A stretch of DNA of 64,000 nt from Poseidonia sp. (GTDB lineage: Archaea > Thermoplasmatota > Poseidoniia > Poseidoniales > Poseidoniaceae), in contig JBMYQB010000005.1 of assembly GCA_049600935.1 (NCBI GenBank), positions 1,436-65,435 of the forward strand, read 5' to 3'. The notes under the pieces were generated by a model. That model was not told where the DNA came from. It did no database searches and worked only from the letters and a program-made list of their open reading frames with translations. The translations under genes were made by a program, and so were the position numbers. Within the stretch, counting starts at the first letter, position 1; the number at the start of each line of letters is the position of its first letter. Shown one piece after another: positions 45,907 through 56,200 of this stretch.

Positions 45907-46004
45907 ACGCCTGTTTGCATTCTTGATGTTCACTCATTTGTGGTCAAGGTTCATAACCGAATCAACGCCTCGGTCAATCTGCACAGCCGTGCCGGGTGTT
46001 ACCA

Positions 46005-49000
46005 ATGAGTCTCAACCACAATCAAATGGCGTATGTAGCAATCGTTTCGACCTTGATTTTTGGCTCCCTTTTCGTGGGTGTATCAGGGTTCTTTCAGACC
46101 AGCGAAGATATCGGTGGATTCGATAGTGCTGTTGAGGAAGATATTCGTGGAGATTCTGAATTGATGGCCGAAGCACTCGATACCGACGGTGACGGTCTTT
46201 CGGACAAACTCGAAGAGACCCAATACGGTACGGACGTGAACGATCCCGATACCGATAACGACGGGATGAGTGATGGTTGGGAAGTTCAACACGGACTCAA
46301 CCCGCTCGATAACGGCGAATCTGAGGACCTTGAGATTGACCCCACTCAAAACGAAGACTCCAGCGATGCCCAAGTTGAAAATGAAACCGATTCATGGCCC
46401 GACCCCAGTCAGGGTCCAACCGGTGATCCTGACCGCGACGGTCTTACCAACCAAGCAGAGCAAGAGTTGGGAACAGACCCTCAGCGAGCCGACACTGACA
46501 ACGACGGCCTCAACGACCGGTGGGAATCCCTCTACACCACAAGCGTCCAAACCCCTGGCGGTGAAGTCATTCTCTTCAACCCGCTCGATGGAAACTGGGA
46601 CTGTCTTCTCCTTGACCAAGCCATGGTCGATGCACTTGAAACTCGGTTCAACGGTGAAAACGGCATGGCGGATTGGGACGACCTCGCTTCCAACGACCGT
46701 CATTCCTGCGACATGGTGCTGGACACCGACGACGACGGTCTTGCCAACTTCGAAGAGGAAGCCTTCGGGACGAATCCAACTTCCCGCGATTCAGACATGG
46801 ATTTGATTGACGACATCGTTGAGGTGGCCAATGAAACCATTGCACTTTACACTGGACTTGGAGAGAACTGCAACGAGCCTCTCCTCGACCCAATTCCCCA
46901 TGTTGGGCCCTTCTTTGGTGTTGAGCGAAACTGGTTCCTGATGGACATGGACGGCGATGGCCTCCTCAACGGTCCATCGGACTGGGATACCGATGGCGAT
47001 GGCATGCCTGACGGTTTTGAGTTCTGTTATTCCGATGCCTCTATGGCGCCCAACGCCGGCTACATTCTCAACCCCGCAAACGCATCTGACGGCTACGGTG
47101 ATTGGGATGAAGACGGCATGAACAACTTGGAAGAATACCAAGTCGCCCAAATCTTTGGAGAAGGTAACTTCACTTCCCCATGGCTACAGGACACCGACCA
47201 AGACGAAATGCCAGACCAATGGGAGGCATCGAACGGCCTCCATCCTCGCTCTGCACTGAACCGCGATCAAGACCCTGACATGGACGGCTACGACCTTGAC
47301 GCAGACGGAGATGTTGTGTACGCCGAACTCGAAAACACGGCCATCGTCCACACGGTCGATGTCGCCCTTGGTGAACAAGTCTCCGCCAATCAACAGGTGG
47401 CTTCTGCCCGAATTATCCTCGCTGGTGGCAATCAGCAGATCATCCCTATGCGAGCACCTGTGGACGGCTATGTCTACCAATTGAACGTCGTTCTCGGCCA
47501 GAGTGTTGAATCTCGTTTGTTCTCTTGGATGAACATCGTGGAAGAGGAAGAGCGCTTTACCAACGTCATGGAGTACAAAGCCAACGACCGAGACCAAGAC
47601 GGTATTCTTGACGGACGCAGCACCAACCCACTCAATGCCGATACCGATTCCGACGGTTTGATCGACGGGATTGAAGTGATGGGTTGGGAAATTCTTGTCG
47701 TCAACCGCGGCGTCCAACCAACATGGGTCACTTCCGACCCTGGTCTTTACGACACCGACGCTGACGGTTTGTCCGACTTTGAGGAATTCTCTTCAACATG
47801 CAACCTCGGTGGTTCAAACGCCTCCAATCCAGACACGGATTCGGACGGCTTGACCGATTTGGAGGAAGCGGGTGACAATTTCATGTGGGAGGGTGAGTCT
47901 TATTCCACCAGCCCGTGCATGTTTGACACCGATAACGACGGGCTTGAAGACGGTGAGGAAGTTATCGCAGGTGCGGACAACTTCCTTACACACGCCAATA
48001 AATCCGATACGGACGATGATGGTCTCGTCGACGGACAAGAAGTGCTCTTTGTCCCGCGCCCGTTCCAAAACCCCACCAATCCTCTGCTGAACGACACGGA
48101 CGCTGACGGTATGTTGGACGGTTGGGAAATGCAAGTCAAGTCTGCTGAAGACAACACGAATTCCCACAGCCTCTGGGTTGCTACCTCAACATGGGAACGT
48201 CCAGGTTGTGAGGCAACCCAAACAAGCTCATGCACCATGCAACCTGGTGGTTATGTCTGGCAAAATTGGTTGGGGGGCTTTGCGCTCGAACCCAAGTTCC
48301 AAGTCAGTGAAATGAACTTGACTGGATTCCAAATGCCAACGAATTCTCTTTGTGATGGTTGTAACGGACGGTGGGCTTTGGATCCATCACTCAGTTCCCT
48401 CAAGGACGACACCTTTGACGTTGACAACGACACCCTTGCCAACGGTATGGAAGCGCCGGACCGCTGGGACACCAATCCGGTTGATGACGACACCGATGGC
48501 GATCAGCTCCCAGACGGCTGGGAAGTCTACTATTCGCAACAGGCCTTTGAAATCGGCCTTGCAGACAACGAAACAGTGGGTGTTTATGGTGCTCGTGGTG
48601 TGATGGACCCTTCGATGCCTGACAGTGATTTGGACGGTATTGAGGATGGATTTGAAGACCCAGACAACGACGGCCTCAACCGAACTGGACTCATCAAGCG
48701 ATACTGCCCCGGATACAACGACAGTACGAATTCTGAATGCAACATTGACCCCGACACCCCAGATGGGCAGCGATTCTACGATAATCTCGAGAATTACACG
48801 AATTTTGAAGAGATGCAAAACGGCACCAACCCCATCACCAACGACACCGATGGGGATGATTGGAACGACGGCCCAGAAGTCTACTACCAAGACCACGACG
48901 ACGATGGAATGGCCACCGGTTGGGAATATCACTTCCAATTTGACCCCTATGATAGTGCAGATCGTATGGTTGACACAGACGGCGACGGTCACGTGAACTT

Positions 49001-49085
49001 CTGTGAGTACAAATGGGATACAAACCCAAGAAACCCCGTCTCCTATCCTGGTCAAGGTGAGTTGTGCGACCCTTTCAGTGATTGA
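46005..49085 (+). CDS. giant secreted or anchored Ca-binding protein built from thrombospondin type 3-like acidic repeats
   Basis: N-terminal TM/signal YVAIVSTLIFGSLFVGVSGFF. More than 25 repeats of the type DTDGDGLSD, DPDTDNDGMSDGWE, DTDNDGLNDRWE, DTDSDGLIDGIE. I prefer the ATG at 46005 over the GTG at 45996. Confidence 0.85.
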   Translation: MSLNHNQMAYVAIVSTLIFGSLFVGVSGFFQTSEDIGGFDSAVEEDIRGDSELMAEALDTDGDGLSDKLEETQYGTDVNDPDTDNDGMSDGWEVQHGLNPLDNGESEDLEIDPTQNEDSSDAQVENETDSWPDPSQGPTGDPDRDGLTNQAEQELGTDPQRADTDNDGLNDRWESLYTTSVQTPGGEVILFNPLDGNWDCLLLDQAMVDALETRFNGENGMADWDDLASNDRHSCDMVLDTDDDGLANFEEEAFGTNPTSRDSDMDLIDDIVEVANETIALYTGLGENCNEPLLDPIPHVGPFFGVERNWFLMDMDGDGLLNGPSDWDTDGDGMPDGFEFCYSDASMAPNAGYILNPANASDGYGDWDEDGMNNLEEYQVAQIFGEGNFTSPWLQDTDQDEMPDQWEASNGLHPRSALNRDQDPDMDGYDLDADGDVVYAELENTAIVHTVDVALGEQVSANQQVASARIILAGGNQQIIPMRAPVDGYVYQLNVVLGQSVESRLFSWMNIVEEEERFTNVMEYKANDRDQDGILDGRSTNPLNADTDSDGLIDGIEVMGWEILVVNRGVQPTWVTSDPGLYDTDADGLSDFEEFSSTCNLGGSNASNPDTDSDGLTDLEEAGDNFMWEGESYSTSPCMFDTDNDGLEDGEEVIAGADNFLTHANKSDTDDDGLVDGQEVLFVPRPFQNPTNPLLNDTDADGMLDGWEMQVKSAEDNTNSHSLWVATSTWERPGCEATQTSSCTMQPGGYVWQNWLGGFALEPKFQVSEMNLTGFQMPTNSLCDGCNGRWALDPSLSSLKDDTFDVDNDTLANGMEAPDRWDTNPVDDDTDGDQLPDGWEVYYSQQAFEIGLADNETVGVYGARGVMDPSMPDSDLDGIEDGFEDPDNDGLNRTGLIKRYCPGYNDSTNSECNIDPDTPDGQRFYDNLENYTNFEEMQNGTNPITNDTDGDDWNDGPEVYYQDHDDDGMATGWEYHFQFDPYDSADRMVDTDGDGHVNFCEYKWDTNPRNPVSYPGQGELCDPFSD

Positions 49086-49137
49086 TGAGACCGGGTGATG
49101 GGGACTGTTAACCACTGTACTTGGAAGAACTCAAGGT

Positions 49138-50673
49138 TTGGCATTGGTTGGCCTGCTGGTTCTTTGTTTGGTGCTGCCGCCTGCTCAGTCAAACCACGTA
49201 GAAAATCTTGATACGGAGATTCTCTTTGAATTCAGCCAACCAAACGGCACTCAATTCATAGAGGAATTAAACCTCACAGGAACATCAAACGTCCCCCTTC
49301 GCAACGCCAGTTGGTCCGTTGTCAACATATCTGGTCCAACACCAACAACGCTCATGAGCGGGCCGTTTCTCACTTCAGTCCAACCTGTTTCCAATCAGGT
49401 ATTTGCGTGGCAGTTGATTGTTGATGTGCGAGGGCATGATTGTACTTGTTATGTTCAAATTGACATTGAAGATGCAGAACATCTGCCAAGTCCCTCAACA
49501 CTACTGATTTATCTCGGTGAGAGTCTCCATCGACCGGTGTTTCATCAGGAGGTTGGTATTGACCTGACGTTTACACCGGAGGCACAATCTTCGGTATCTG
49601 ACGAGCTTGTGATCATGTCAGATACGACGCAGTTGAGGTTTGGTTTTGTCCTGCCTCCAACTGGAACCACGATTGCCAGTGTTCAGGCCGACCTCTGTGA
49701 AGCACCAAACGGTGTTTGTAAGGACGCTCCGATTCGTATTGACCTCCCATTCCTCGTCTTCGAGGATGCAGTTCATCTTACGGTGAATGCCTCTGAACTT
49801 GGTCTTGGAGAGGGTGTTTGGCAACTCGATGTCACCGCAAAAGATGACCTCCTTCGGACAACGGGCGATGTTCGCGCCGTTGTGCTGTATGATGCTCAAC
49901 CCCCGAGTATCTCACTATCGATGGCTCCATCCGTGAATGAATCGGAACCTTTGCATGTCTACGCCACGGTGTCCGATGGATACGATGGCTCAAAGTTCAC
50001 CTACACATGGGCACTCCGGTCCGATACAGGTGAGCGGAGAGCACCCTTTGAACATGAGGTGATGAGCAACGAACATCTTGTGTTCAACCTTTCAGACAAA
50101 GGCCTCTACACTGTTGAACTATCGGTCCGTGACCGAGGTGGTTATGTTTCGCAGACTTCGGATTCATTCACGGTGCTCAACATTCGTCCAACGGCCCACA
50201 TAAGCATCGATGGTTTGGTCGTGGAAGACAGCGGGCGCTTGACCATGAAGGCAGGCGGCGACTGGGAGTTGAACGCCAGCCAAAGTTTTGACAACGAAGG
50301 GGTCGATTTCCTTTGGGTCATCAATGACGACCGATCGGTGAGGGGAACGGCGCTCTTGCCTTCCTCTGAGTTTTCAAAGCCTGGCTCATACAGCGTTGAG
50401 CTGATTGTGTTTGACGACGATGGAGAAACACATTCCACGGTTGTTAACATCGAAGTGTTGGGGAATGACCTTGAGCAATCCTCCCCCATCTCACTTGCGT
50501 TGCTCGGCTTCTTCATCATCCTCACGATGTGCTACGTAGCCTATCGTTCCCGTGGTGCACCCACCGCTGAACTTCCAAAATGGACACCTTTCCAGAACGA
50601 CGGCTCTGGCCAAATTAAACACAAGCGGGATGATTTGGATGCAACGATTGAAGAAGACGAAGCGCGAGGATGA
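49138..50673 (+). CDS. secreted, C-terminally TM-anchored protein with PKD/Ig-like domains
   Basis: Signal peptide MALVGLLVLCLVLPPAQS (TTG start). PKD-like segments (FTYTWALRSDTGE..YTVELSVRDRGG; FLWVINDD..YSVELIVFDDDGE). TM helix ISLALLGFFIILTMCYVAY. Confidence 0.75.
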   Translation: MALVGLLVLCLVLPPAQSNHVENLDTEILFEFSQPNGTQFIEELNLTGTSNVPLRNASWSVVNISGPTPTTLMSGPFLTSVQPVSNQVFAWQLIVDVRGHDCTCYVQIDIEDAEHLPSPSTLLIYLGESLHRPVFHQEVGIDLTFTPEAQSSVSDELVIMSDTTQLRFGFVLPPTGTTIASVQADLCEAPNGVCKDAPIRIDLPFLVFEDAVHLTVNASELGLGEGVWQLDVTAKDDLLRTTGDVRAVVLYDAQPPSISLSMAPSVNESEPLHVYATVSDGYDGSKFTYTWALRSDTGERRAPFEHEVMSNEHLVFNLSDKGLYTVELSVRDRGGYVSQTSDSFTVLNIRPTAHISIDGLVVEDSGRLTMKAGGDWELNASQSFDNEGVDFLWVINDDRSVRGTALLPSSEFSKPGSYSVELIVFDDDGETHSTVVNIEVLGNDLEQSSPISLALLGFFIILTMCYVAYRSRGAPTAELPKWTPFQNDGSGQIKHKRDDLDATIEEDEARG

Positions 50674-50676
50674 AAC

Positions 50677-52050
50677 ATGTTCGCAGAAGCCATCGCAAGG
50701 CTACCTTCGCGGCCTCCTGAGACGACCGTAGAGGAATTTGTGCAACGTCAGGCACGCCTCACGTCTCAATTTCGGCAAGATGACGTGTTGATCTTAGCGT
50801 CACCTCCCTTTGCAGTACACTCCAATGACGTGGAGTACAGGTACCGAACGTCAAGTGATTTGTTGTATTTGACAGGATGGACTGAGCCTGAATCTGTGTT
50901 CGTTCTCCGCCATGACGGTAGTGATTGGCAATCGTGTCTCTTCGTCCAACCCAAGAATACGCTGATGGAAATATGGGAGGGCCGCCGGCCCGGTGTGGAA
51001 GGGGCCACAGCTTCCTTCGCCGTTGATGTTGCCTATCCGAACGATGATTTGGAAGACCGTTTGAATGACTGGTTGACCGATGCCCGACGCGTCTTTCATC
51101 GCAGAGGTCTTCACGAAGGTATTGATGGCATGGTCGACATGGCTGTTCGAAAACGAGATCGTGCTCGTCAACATTTTGGAACCGGCCCCGTTGCGGTGGA
51201 AGACCCATCCGGTATGCTCGCTGAACTTCGCCTGAGAAAATCACCGTCAGAGATTGAACAGATGGTCTATGCGAGTAAAGTCGCTGCTGTTGCCCATGAA
51301 TTGGCCATGCGTCACAGCCGTGAAGGTGTTACAGAATATCAACTCCAATCCGTTATCGAAGGTTTCTTTTCCTATGCGGGGGCCTCTGGGTGGTCGTATC
51401 CATCCATCGTGGGTTGCGGCGAAAATGCAACAATCCTTCACTACACGACCAATCAGGATGTGTGTGGAATGGACGAAGTCATTCTTATCGACGCTGGGGC
51501 AGAATTTCGCGGCTATGCAAGCGACATCACTCGCTCTTGGCCTATTTCTGGAACGTTCAGTGATGCTCAACGAGAAATCTATGAGATTGTGCTTGATGCT
51601 CAGGTAGCAGCCATTGATGCTTGCAAAGTGGGGATGCCCTACACCGCCCCCCACGACGCTGCTCGGCGTGTGCTTGCTGAAGGTTTGATTCGGTTGGGCG
51701 TTATCACCCAAAACCTCGACGAAGCTCTTGACGTGGAAACTGGTGAACTCAAACGCTGGTACATGCACAACACCAGCCACTGGATTGGTCTTGATGTCCA
51801 CGACGCAGGCGTGTACAAACCCGGAGGCGAACCTCGTCTTCTAGAACCAGGTATGTGCCTCACGATTGAACCGGGCCTCTACTTTGGTGCATGGCGCCCC
51901 GATGTTGACTGCCCAGAACGCTACGCCAACATTGGCATTCGAATTGAAGATGATGTCCTGGTCACCGCAGAAGGGCCAGTTGTGTTAACGGAAGACTGCC
52001 CAAAAACGGTTGAAGACATTGAGCGAATCGTTGGTCAGACCCTCAACTGA
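50677..52050 (+). CDS. pepP: Xaa-Pro aminopeptidase (M24B, PepP-like)
   Basis: AMP_N-type N-terminal domain, ILIDAGAEFRGYASDITRSWP, HNTSHWIGLDVHD, EPGLYF, GIRIEDDVLV. Confidence 0.9.
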   Translation: MFAEAIARLPSRPPETTVEEFVQRQARLTSQFRQDDVLILASPPFAVHSNDVEYRYRTSSDLLYLTGWTEPESVFVLRHDGSDWQSCLFVQPKNTLMEIWEGRRPGVEGATASFAVDVAYPNDDLEDRLNDWLTDARRVFHRRGLHEGIDGMVDMAVRKRDRARQHFGTGPVAVEDPSGMLAELRLRKSPSEIEQMVYASKVAAVAHELAMRHSREGVTEYQLQSVIEGFFSYAGASGWSYPSIVGCGENATILHYTTNQDVCGMDEVILIDAGAEFRGYASDITRSWPISGTFSDAQREIYEIVLDAQVAAIDACKVGMPYTAPHDAARRVLAEGLIRLGVITQNLDEALDVETGELKRWYMHNTSHWIGLDVHDAGVYKPGGEPRLLEPGMCLTIEPGLYFGAWRPDVDCPERYANIGIRIEDDVLVTAEGPVVLTEDCPKTVEDIERIVGQTLN

Positions 52051-52059
52051 GGTGAGCGT

Positions 52060-53247
52060 TTGGATTGGAAACAGATCTTGCACCGTCAGTCCGGTTGGAC
52101 GAGGGAGAACGCCTCTTCACTTCGCCTTTCAAGCGCAGAGGCCGTTGTTTTGTACGATAAGGCCCCACTTCATGACTTGATGCAGGCTGCGCATCAACGC
52201 CGCCTGACCATGCATCCAGATGGTAACGTGACCTACCTTGTTGACCGGAACATCAATTATACCAATGTCTGCACAATCAATTGCCAATTTTGTTCGTTTT
52301 ACAGACCACCAGGTCATGACGAGACCTACACGCAGACGTACGAAGAAATCTCACAACGGGTTCGAGAATTGGAGGCGATCGGAGGGTCAAGAATTCTCAT
52401 GCAGGGAGGGGTGAATCCCGAACTCCCTTTTTCATGGTATACGGATTTACTCGCACACCTTCGCAACCATCACCCAAGCATTGACCTTGATTGTTTCAGT
52501 CCGATTGAAATTGAAGGTCTTGCTGAAGTATGTGGAATGACGACCCTGGAAGTTCTTCAACATCTCAAGGATGCTGGCATGCACGGGCTCCCCGGTGGTG
52601 GCGCTGAGATGCTGGTTGAGGACGTGAGAAAAGACGTATCTCCCAAAAAGGGTGCACCGGCGAACTGGTTGCGGGTCATGTCGGAAGCACAATCGCTCGG
52701 GTTGACCACCAGCGCGACCAACGTCATCGGTTTTGGTGAAGGTTCGGTCGAACGGGTCGAACACATGCGCCGCATTCGTGAACTCCAAGCGGCGTCCATG
52801 TCAGCACACGGTCATGGCTTCACATCGTTTATTGCCTGGCCAGTACAACTGGAGGTGAATTCATTTGGTCGTCGAAACCGAGGCCAGAACAAGCACGTGT
52901 TGGGCGCAGGCTCCTCCGAATACCTGCGGCACGTCGCCGTATCCAGATTGTTCCTTGACAATGTTGAACACATCCAAGCATCGTGGCCTACGATGGGCCT
53001 TCATATTGCACAAATGGCCTTGCTCGGTGGAGCCGATGATGCTGGTTCAACCATGATGGAAGAGAACGTCGTTTCAGCATCTGGGACCAGCAAATTGGAT
53101 GCCTCAGAGCTTGAATTGCAGTCCGCTATTCTGCGTGCTGGATTTACGCCGCAGCGAAGGGACAGTGACTATGTTCACTTGGAAACCGATGTGCTTGCCC
53201 CATCAAGTGCTCAACTCGCAGCGCCACCGCCGACCATCACGTCGTAG
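52060..53247 (+). CDS. radical SAM enzyme of the MqnC/MqnE/CofH family (futalosine-pathway-like)
   Basis: NINYTNVCTINCQFCSFYR (CxxxCxxC), GGSRILMQGG, C-terminal ASWPTMG...LLGGADDAGSTMMEENVVSASG. The TTG start is preceded by GAGGTGA with a 4-nt spacer. Confidence 0.75.
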   Translation: MDWKQILHRQSGWTRENASSLRLSSAEAVVLYDKAPLHDLMQAAHQRRLTMHPDGNVTYLVDRNINYTNVCTINCQFCSFYRPPGHDETYTQTYEEISQRVRELEAIGGSRILMQGGVNPELPFSWYTDLLAHLRNHHPSIDLDCFSPIEIEGLAEVCGMTTLEVLQHLKDAGMHGLPGGGAEMLVEDVRKDVSPKKGAPANWLRVMSEAQSLGLTTSATNVIGFGEGSVERVEHMRRIRELQAASMSAHGHGFTSFIAWPVQLEVNSFGRRNRGQNKHVLGAGSSEYLRHVAVSRLFLDNVEHIQASWPTMGLHIAQMALLGGADDAGSTMMEENVVSASGTSKLDASELELQSAILRAGFTPQRRDSDYVHLETDVLAPSSAQLAAPPPTITS

Positions 53248-56200
53248 GGCCGTAGAAGACGATCCACACCACGGCTCGAATATTTCTCCCACCGTTGCCT
53301 ATTCCGTCAGAAGGAACGTACTCTGCGCCGTTGTAGTAGCCGCGGTAGATGATATGATTCGAGTTGTTTGTCCCGTTATCAATCCAGTCCGTGATGTCGT
53401 AGGTCCACTGTTTGACATCTTGACCTGCACACCAACCTGCCCGACCAAACGGCCATGAACCGAATTGATTGGCTACAACACCATTATCAACTTCATTTTC
53501 GCATCCTTCACTGCTGTAGACGATGGGATGCCACTCGTATGTTTGGTGCTCGCCAATCGTGTAGTAGTGTTGGTGGTCGCAGAATTCTGCACAGTTTGCC
53601 GTGTCTTTGTTGAACCCGTGACCCGTAATGGTTGCGACAATCTCAACGCTGGTCGCTTCAGGTGGGACAGTGAAGTTCATTTGACGAAGATACCGAGATT
53701 CGTTGTTGTAGGTTCCATCAAATTGGCCTCCGCTGAAAGCATATGTGCCGTTGATTGCGCGATTACCGCTTCCCCAGTTGCTGAAGAGGAACGTGACCGT
53801 AAGATCTCCTTTGTTGGCACCAGCGTATTTGAATCGACGCTCTTCGCCGTCGTTCAACATGAAAAGGTAGGGTGAGATGTCGGTTAACCACATTCCCTCA
53901 CGACCGTATGTTGTGATCCATCGAACAGACTCTGTTGAACAGACGGAACTGTTGTCTCGGTCACAAATGAAGAGATAGGCGAGGTAGTCCCATTCATGGC
54001 AACCTCCATAGGTGCCATCGGATTTTTGGTACCGATTTGTACGTTCAAAGCAAGCGTGCTCGTGGTAGACCTCGAGCGTGTCGTAGCTTGTGAGGTCGTT
54101 TGGTAGGTCAAAGGTGGCGTTTGAAAACGAGGAGTAGCCGGAGCCCCATCCTCCTGCATGTCGTTGGAAGTCCATCACCTGAACAGCGTGAACGGCAGGG
54201 TCCTGTTCTCTGATTTTGGTAGGGAATTCCGCAACCCACTGGTTGGGTTCGTAAGAGAGGTGGTATGGGTCATTTGATTGGCTTGTCCAAGCGTAGAGGG
54301 ATCCCGTTTCTCGAGCGAGTTGGAAACGGTCGATGCCCATGAAGAACGGATTGTTGAACGAACCAATCATGTTTCCAATCCCTCCACCAAGGTTGCTCGC
54401 ATCAACATCGATGTAGTGAATTCTATTGTCCCACTTGGCCTCTTCACTGGTCGTCAGCCCAGAGAGGACGGCGTTTCGTTGTTGGATCACATCGTTGTGG
54501 TAAGTGTTGTCAAATGAACCATAGAACAGGTGGGTGTTGTCTGGAAGATTCCGAATGAAACGCCCGGGATTCTGACCCCATGTGGCACCGTTGTTATTTC
54601 CACTTGAATCGGTGTACTTGAACATAAAGAAATAGACGTCCTCACCGGTCCAACGGTCGTTGAAATTAAAGGTGCCATTCAAGGTCGGGAAGGAGAACTG
54701 TGGGACGGTCTGCATCGGTCCGTTGAGGCTGCTTGCGTCCGTCCAAGCCACAGGCAATTGAACGACAGCGCATCCGTTTTCATCTACGCTCCATCGGTCT
54801 GGAGAATCTGAGCAATCGTCCACATTGGCGAAAACGCCATCACCATCAATGTCAGCACATCCAACGGTGTTCACGCTGAGGCCGATCGGTGTGCCTTCAC
54901 ACTGGTCGAGCAGGTCATTGACTCCATCGCCATCGGTGTCTCGTTCAATAGCGGCGCAGCCATGAGCATCAACGTCCGTGGCGTTGAGCGGCGTTTGGGG
55001 ACAGCGGTCCAGTGTGTCGCCCGTAGCATTCACATCGTTTACGCCGTCATTGTCGTCGTCATCGTCTTCTGTTGCATCCTGGCAGCCATCATTATCCCAA
55101 TCGTTACTGGCATCGGAAACCCAGTTGGCTACGCCTTTTTGGCAAGCATCGTCAATGTCGAGGTGGTCATCGTTGTCATCGTTGTCATCTTCATCAAGGT
55201 CAGAACAACCGTCGTTGTCCCAATCGCTGTATCGATTCGAGTACCAACCTTTGCGGCCTACGGGACAACGGTCATCGACATCCTCGACACCGTCGTTGTC
55301 GTCGTCTAAATCTTCGTCGGCATCGTGGCAACCGTCATAATCGTAATCAGCGGAAGGTGTGCTCACCCATCCATACGATGTCGGGCATAAGTCGTAGGTG
55401 TCAACGATGCCGTCGTTGTCATCATCGTCGTCCTCATCGTTGTCTCGGCAACCGTCTTGGTCACCGTCGGTGGCTTGTGTTGATTGCCAACCCTCGTTCG
55501 CACCGATTCCGGACGGACATCGGTCGTCAACGTCCTGCACGCCGTCTCCGTCCTCATCATCGCCTGCACCTTCAATGATAACCTGCGTCGTCGCCGTGTC
55601 GCTTGAAGAAGAATAGCGACCGCAGTCTGCTTTGGTGGTGATGGTGTGGGAACTGGTCGCCTCCGTGAAATCAATGAGGACCTTCCAAGCCCCTGCGGCA
55701 TCGATTGAAACGCTTCCTTCCGTTCCGTCGCTGATGGTGTAGGATACGACGCATGAATCGATGTAAAGATGGTCAACTGAACCCTCAAACCAGACAACAT
55801 CGGGTTGTTCAAGCACCAATCGATTGGGTGCGGTGATGATCGGAGCAGGTTCATCTGGGGCGCTGACAATCAACACGATGACTTGGGGCTCAAGCGGTGG
55901 CACAAGGTACGTTGTACCTGTGTTCACAACGGTGACCGATACAATATGCTCTCCGGTTGTTTGTGGGGTGAATGTCAGTTGGTAACCCTGGTCATGTTCC
56001 TTCACATCGATGGATGCAAGTGGGCTAAAGTTGGGTTGGAGGACTGAAACCTCAACGTCCCATGTCCCTTCACCTTCTTGCTCAATTCCGAGAAGGTAGG
56101 ATACCTCTTCACCGAGTTGGATTTCCGTCGGCGATAGAATCCATGTCGGCTGGAGTGTGTATGTGGTGACCGTTGGTTCTTCAATATCCGGAACCGGTTC

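Noticed and set aside
48387-49115. 242-aa minus-strand ORF, plus others antisense to the TSP3 giant gene
   Set aside because: Antisense of Asp/Gly/Asn repeat codons gives open V/I/P-rich frames with no independent support.
54770-55570. Periodic repeats that could be mistaken for a CRISPR array or a satellite
   Set aside because: The repeats lie in frame inside a 1011-aa ORF and encode TSP3-type Ca-binding units. There is no repeat-spacer structure and there are no cas genes anywhere in the window.
54962-55616. Plus-strand ORFs of 72-168 aa rich in V, I, S and R (54962-55309, 54978-55340, 55072-55578, 55398-55616)
   Set aside because: They are the antisense reading of the GAC/GAT-rich Asp repeat array of the minus-strand lipoprotein gene. 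They are low-complexity and mutually overlapping, with no start context.
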